Positions 62,601 to 64,000 of a DNA stretch of 64,000 nt are shown here, one piece after another; positions within the stretch are counted from its first letter, which is position 1, and each line of letters begins with the position of its first letter. The notes under the pieces were generated by a model. It was not told the DNA's origin. It saw only the letters and a list, made by a program, of their open reading frames with translations, and made no database searches. Source of the stretch: Raja brachyura (Eukaryota); NCBI GenBank assembly GCA_963514005.1, contig OY740781.1, positions 164,114,001-164,178,000 of the forward strand, given 5' to 3'. A program made the translations under genes and the position numbers.

Positions 62601-64000
62601 CAAAGCACTGCTGTAATATCTTCTCTGACAAGCAATGCAACACCTCCACCTCTGGTCCCTCCAATTCTATCACACCTGAAACAACAAAGTCCTGGGATAT
62701 TTAGTTTCTAATCACAGCCCTCCTGCAACCATGTTTCACTGATTGCCACAACATCATATTTCCAGGTGTCAATCCAGGCTCTAAGTTCATCCACTTTTCT
62801 TACAATGCTCCTAGCATTAAAATATACACATTTTAGACACCCACCATCCCTTATTCTCTGTTTATTATCTTTTTCCTCTTTCTTGCCTACATTTTGGGTC
62901 CAAGTGCTTCCCTTCTCTGCCTCTTGCCCCACACCCTGTCCCCTAGCCTCGTCTACCCGAGTCCCTCCCCCCCAGCCTTATACAACATTATATATCAATT
63001 ATCCACCAACAGCCCAACATTATATATCAATTATCCACTTTAATAGCAGAAGTCTATATGCCAACTTCCGCAACATAAAAGAATATTAAGACAGCTCAAG
63101 AATTCATTTAACCTTATAGCAATATCAGAGACCTGGATCAGCCCTAAGAAAGGTGTGGACTTTGACATGGATGGCTATGAACTGAATTATGTGAACAGAT
63201 GGGAAAAAAATGGAGGAGGTGTGGCAATCCATGTGGATAAAAGACTGAAATATAAGGTGGTGGAAAACATGACAACAGCTGTTGACGATTTGTTGGAATG
63301 TATTACAGTAGAAATATGTATGGAAAAGACAAAAAATGTTATTGTGAGCTTTATATACTGAGCTCCCGTATCCAGTATTGAAATATTTAAAGATTGGATG
63401 GAAAACATGTTTACAAAATCATTACAAAAGATTATGTTCATCTGTGGGGATTACAATATTGACCTGTTGAATCCAAAAAAGCATAAAATGACATAAGAAT
63501 TCATCAATACCATGTACAGTATGGGTTTAATAACCAGACCTAGTGGAATTATTTCTCATTGTGCGACATTAATAGACAGCATATTCACAAACATTATGGA
63601 AAACAATACAGTAAGCGGATTATTATACAGTGACATCAGTGACCATTTACCTGTTTTTATTGTTTATCACTGTAGTTACAGGAAACCTAAGAACACCAGT
63701 CATTTCAAATACAAAAGGGTGAGAACCGAAGAAAACATGAATGCATTTAAGAATGAATTACTGAAACAGAATTGGAGGGTAGTATATGCAGGTGAAGATG
63801 TCGACAAAGCATACAATGGATTTCTAAATATTTTTAAATCACTTTAAGACCAAAACGGTCCTGTGAAACAATATAGTGATAGGCAAAAACAAACAAATAG
63901 TCCATGGATCACTAAGGATTTAAAAAATGCCTGCAAAAAGAAAAACACACTATATAGACAATTCATAAAATATCGAACTTTAGAAGCAGAAAATAAATAT
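59670..64000 (+). mobile_element. L2/Crack-type LINE (ORF1 end plus ORF2 AP endonuclease), split by a CR1, continues past the window
   Basis: LNGLPEQAKVLVIRDLDELDK; IDPENH..., SIIHFNSRSL, IAISETW, GGGVA, CGDYNIDLL, TLIDSIFTN, SDHLP. Confidence 0.85.
60009..62977 (-). mobile_element. CR1 LINE with nearly whole ORF2 (EN plus RT), frameshifted
   Basis: CVYFNARSI, AISETWL, VGDFNFP, SDHNTI, DFSKAFD, GVPQGSVLGP. Confidence 0.95.

Overview
Repeat-dense vertebrate DNA, most likely a skate or ray. The inference rests on HE1/V-SINE-type SINEs, abundant CR1, Rex1/Babar and Penelope fragments. No intact host gene is evident. Large elements: (i) a decayed Mag-type Gypsy LTR retrotransposon (minus, 20653-25588) whose 5' LTR and PBS were duplicated as a ~238-bp target-site duplication (TSD) of an L1 insertion; (ii) a structurally complete 4.9-kb DIRS1-type tyrosine-recombinase retrotransposon (minus, 31766-36656) with perfect ITR/ICR ends, intact YR and a frameshifted RT-RNaseH-methyltransferase; (iii) a 704-bp solo LTR; (iv) CR1, L1, Rex1, L2/Crack and Penelope LINE-type pieces; (v) three Harbinger-type MITEs. 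Structure not shown by the ORF track: a minimal CPEB3/HDV-like ribozyme fold at the 5' end of a 134-bp SINE-like element (46700-46753, minus); about 18 copies of a Penelope terminal module carrying a minimal hammerhead motif, often as fold-back mini-elements; and scattered, stop-riddled minus-strand exon remnants that read in domain order like a TTC41/NPHP3-type NACHT gene. All calls are by eye. Family names and the TTC41 comparison come from recalled motifs and need database confirmation. Boundaries of old fragments are approximate.
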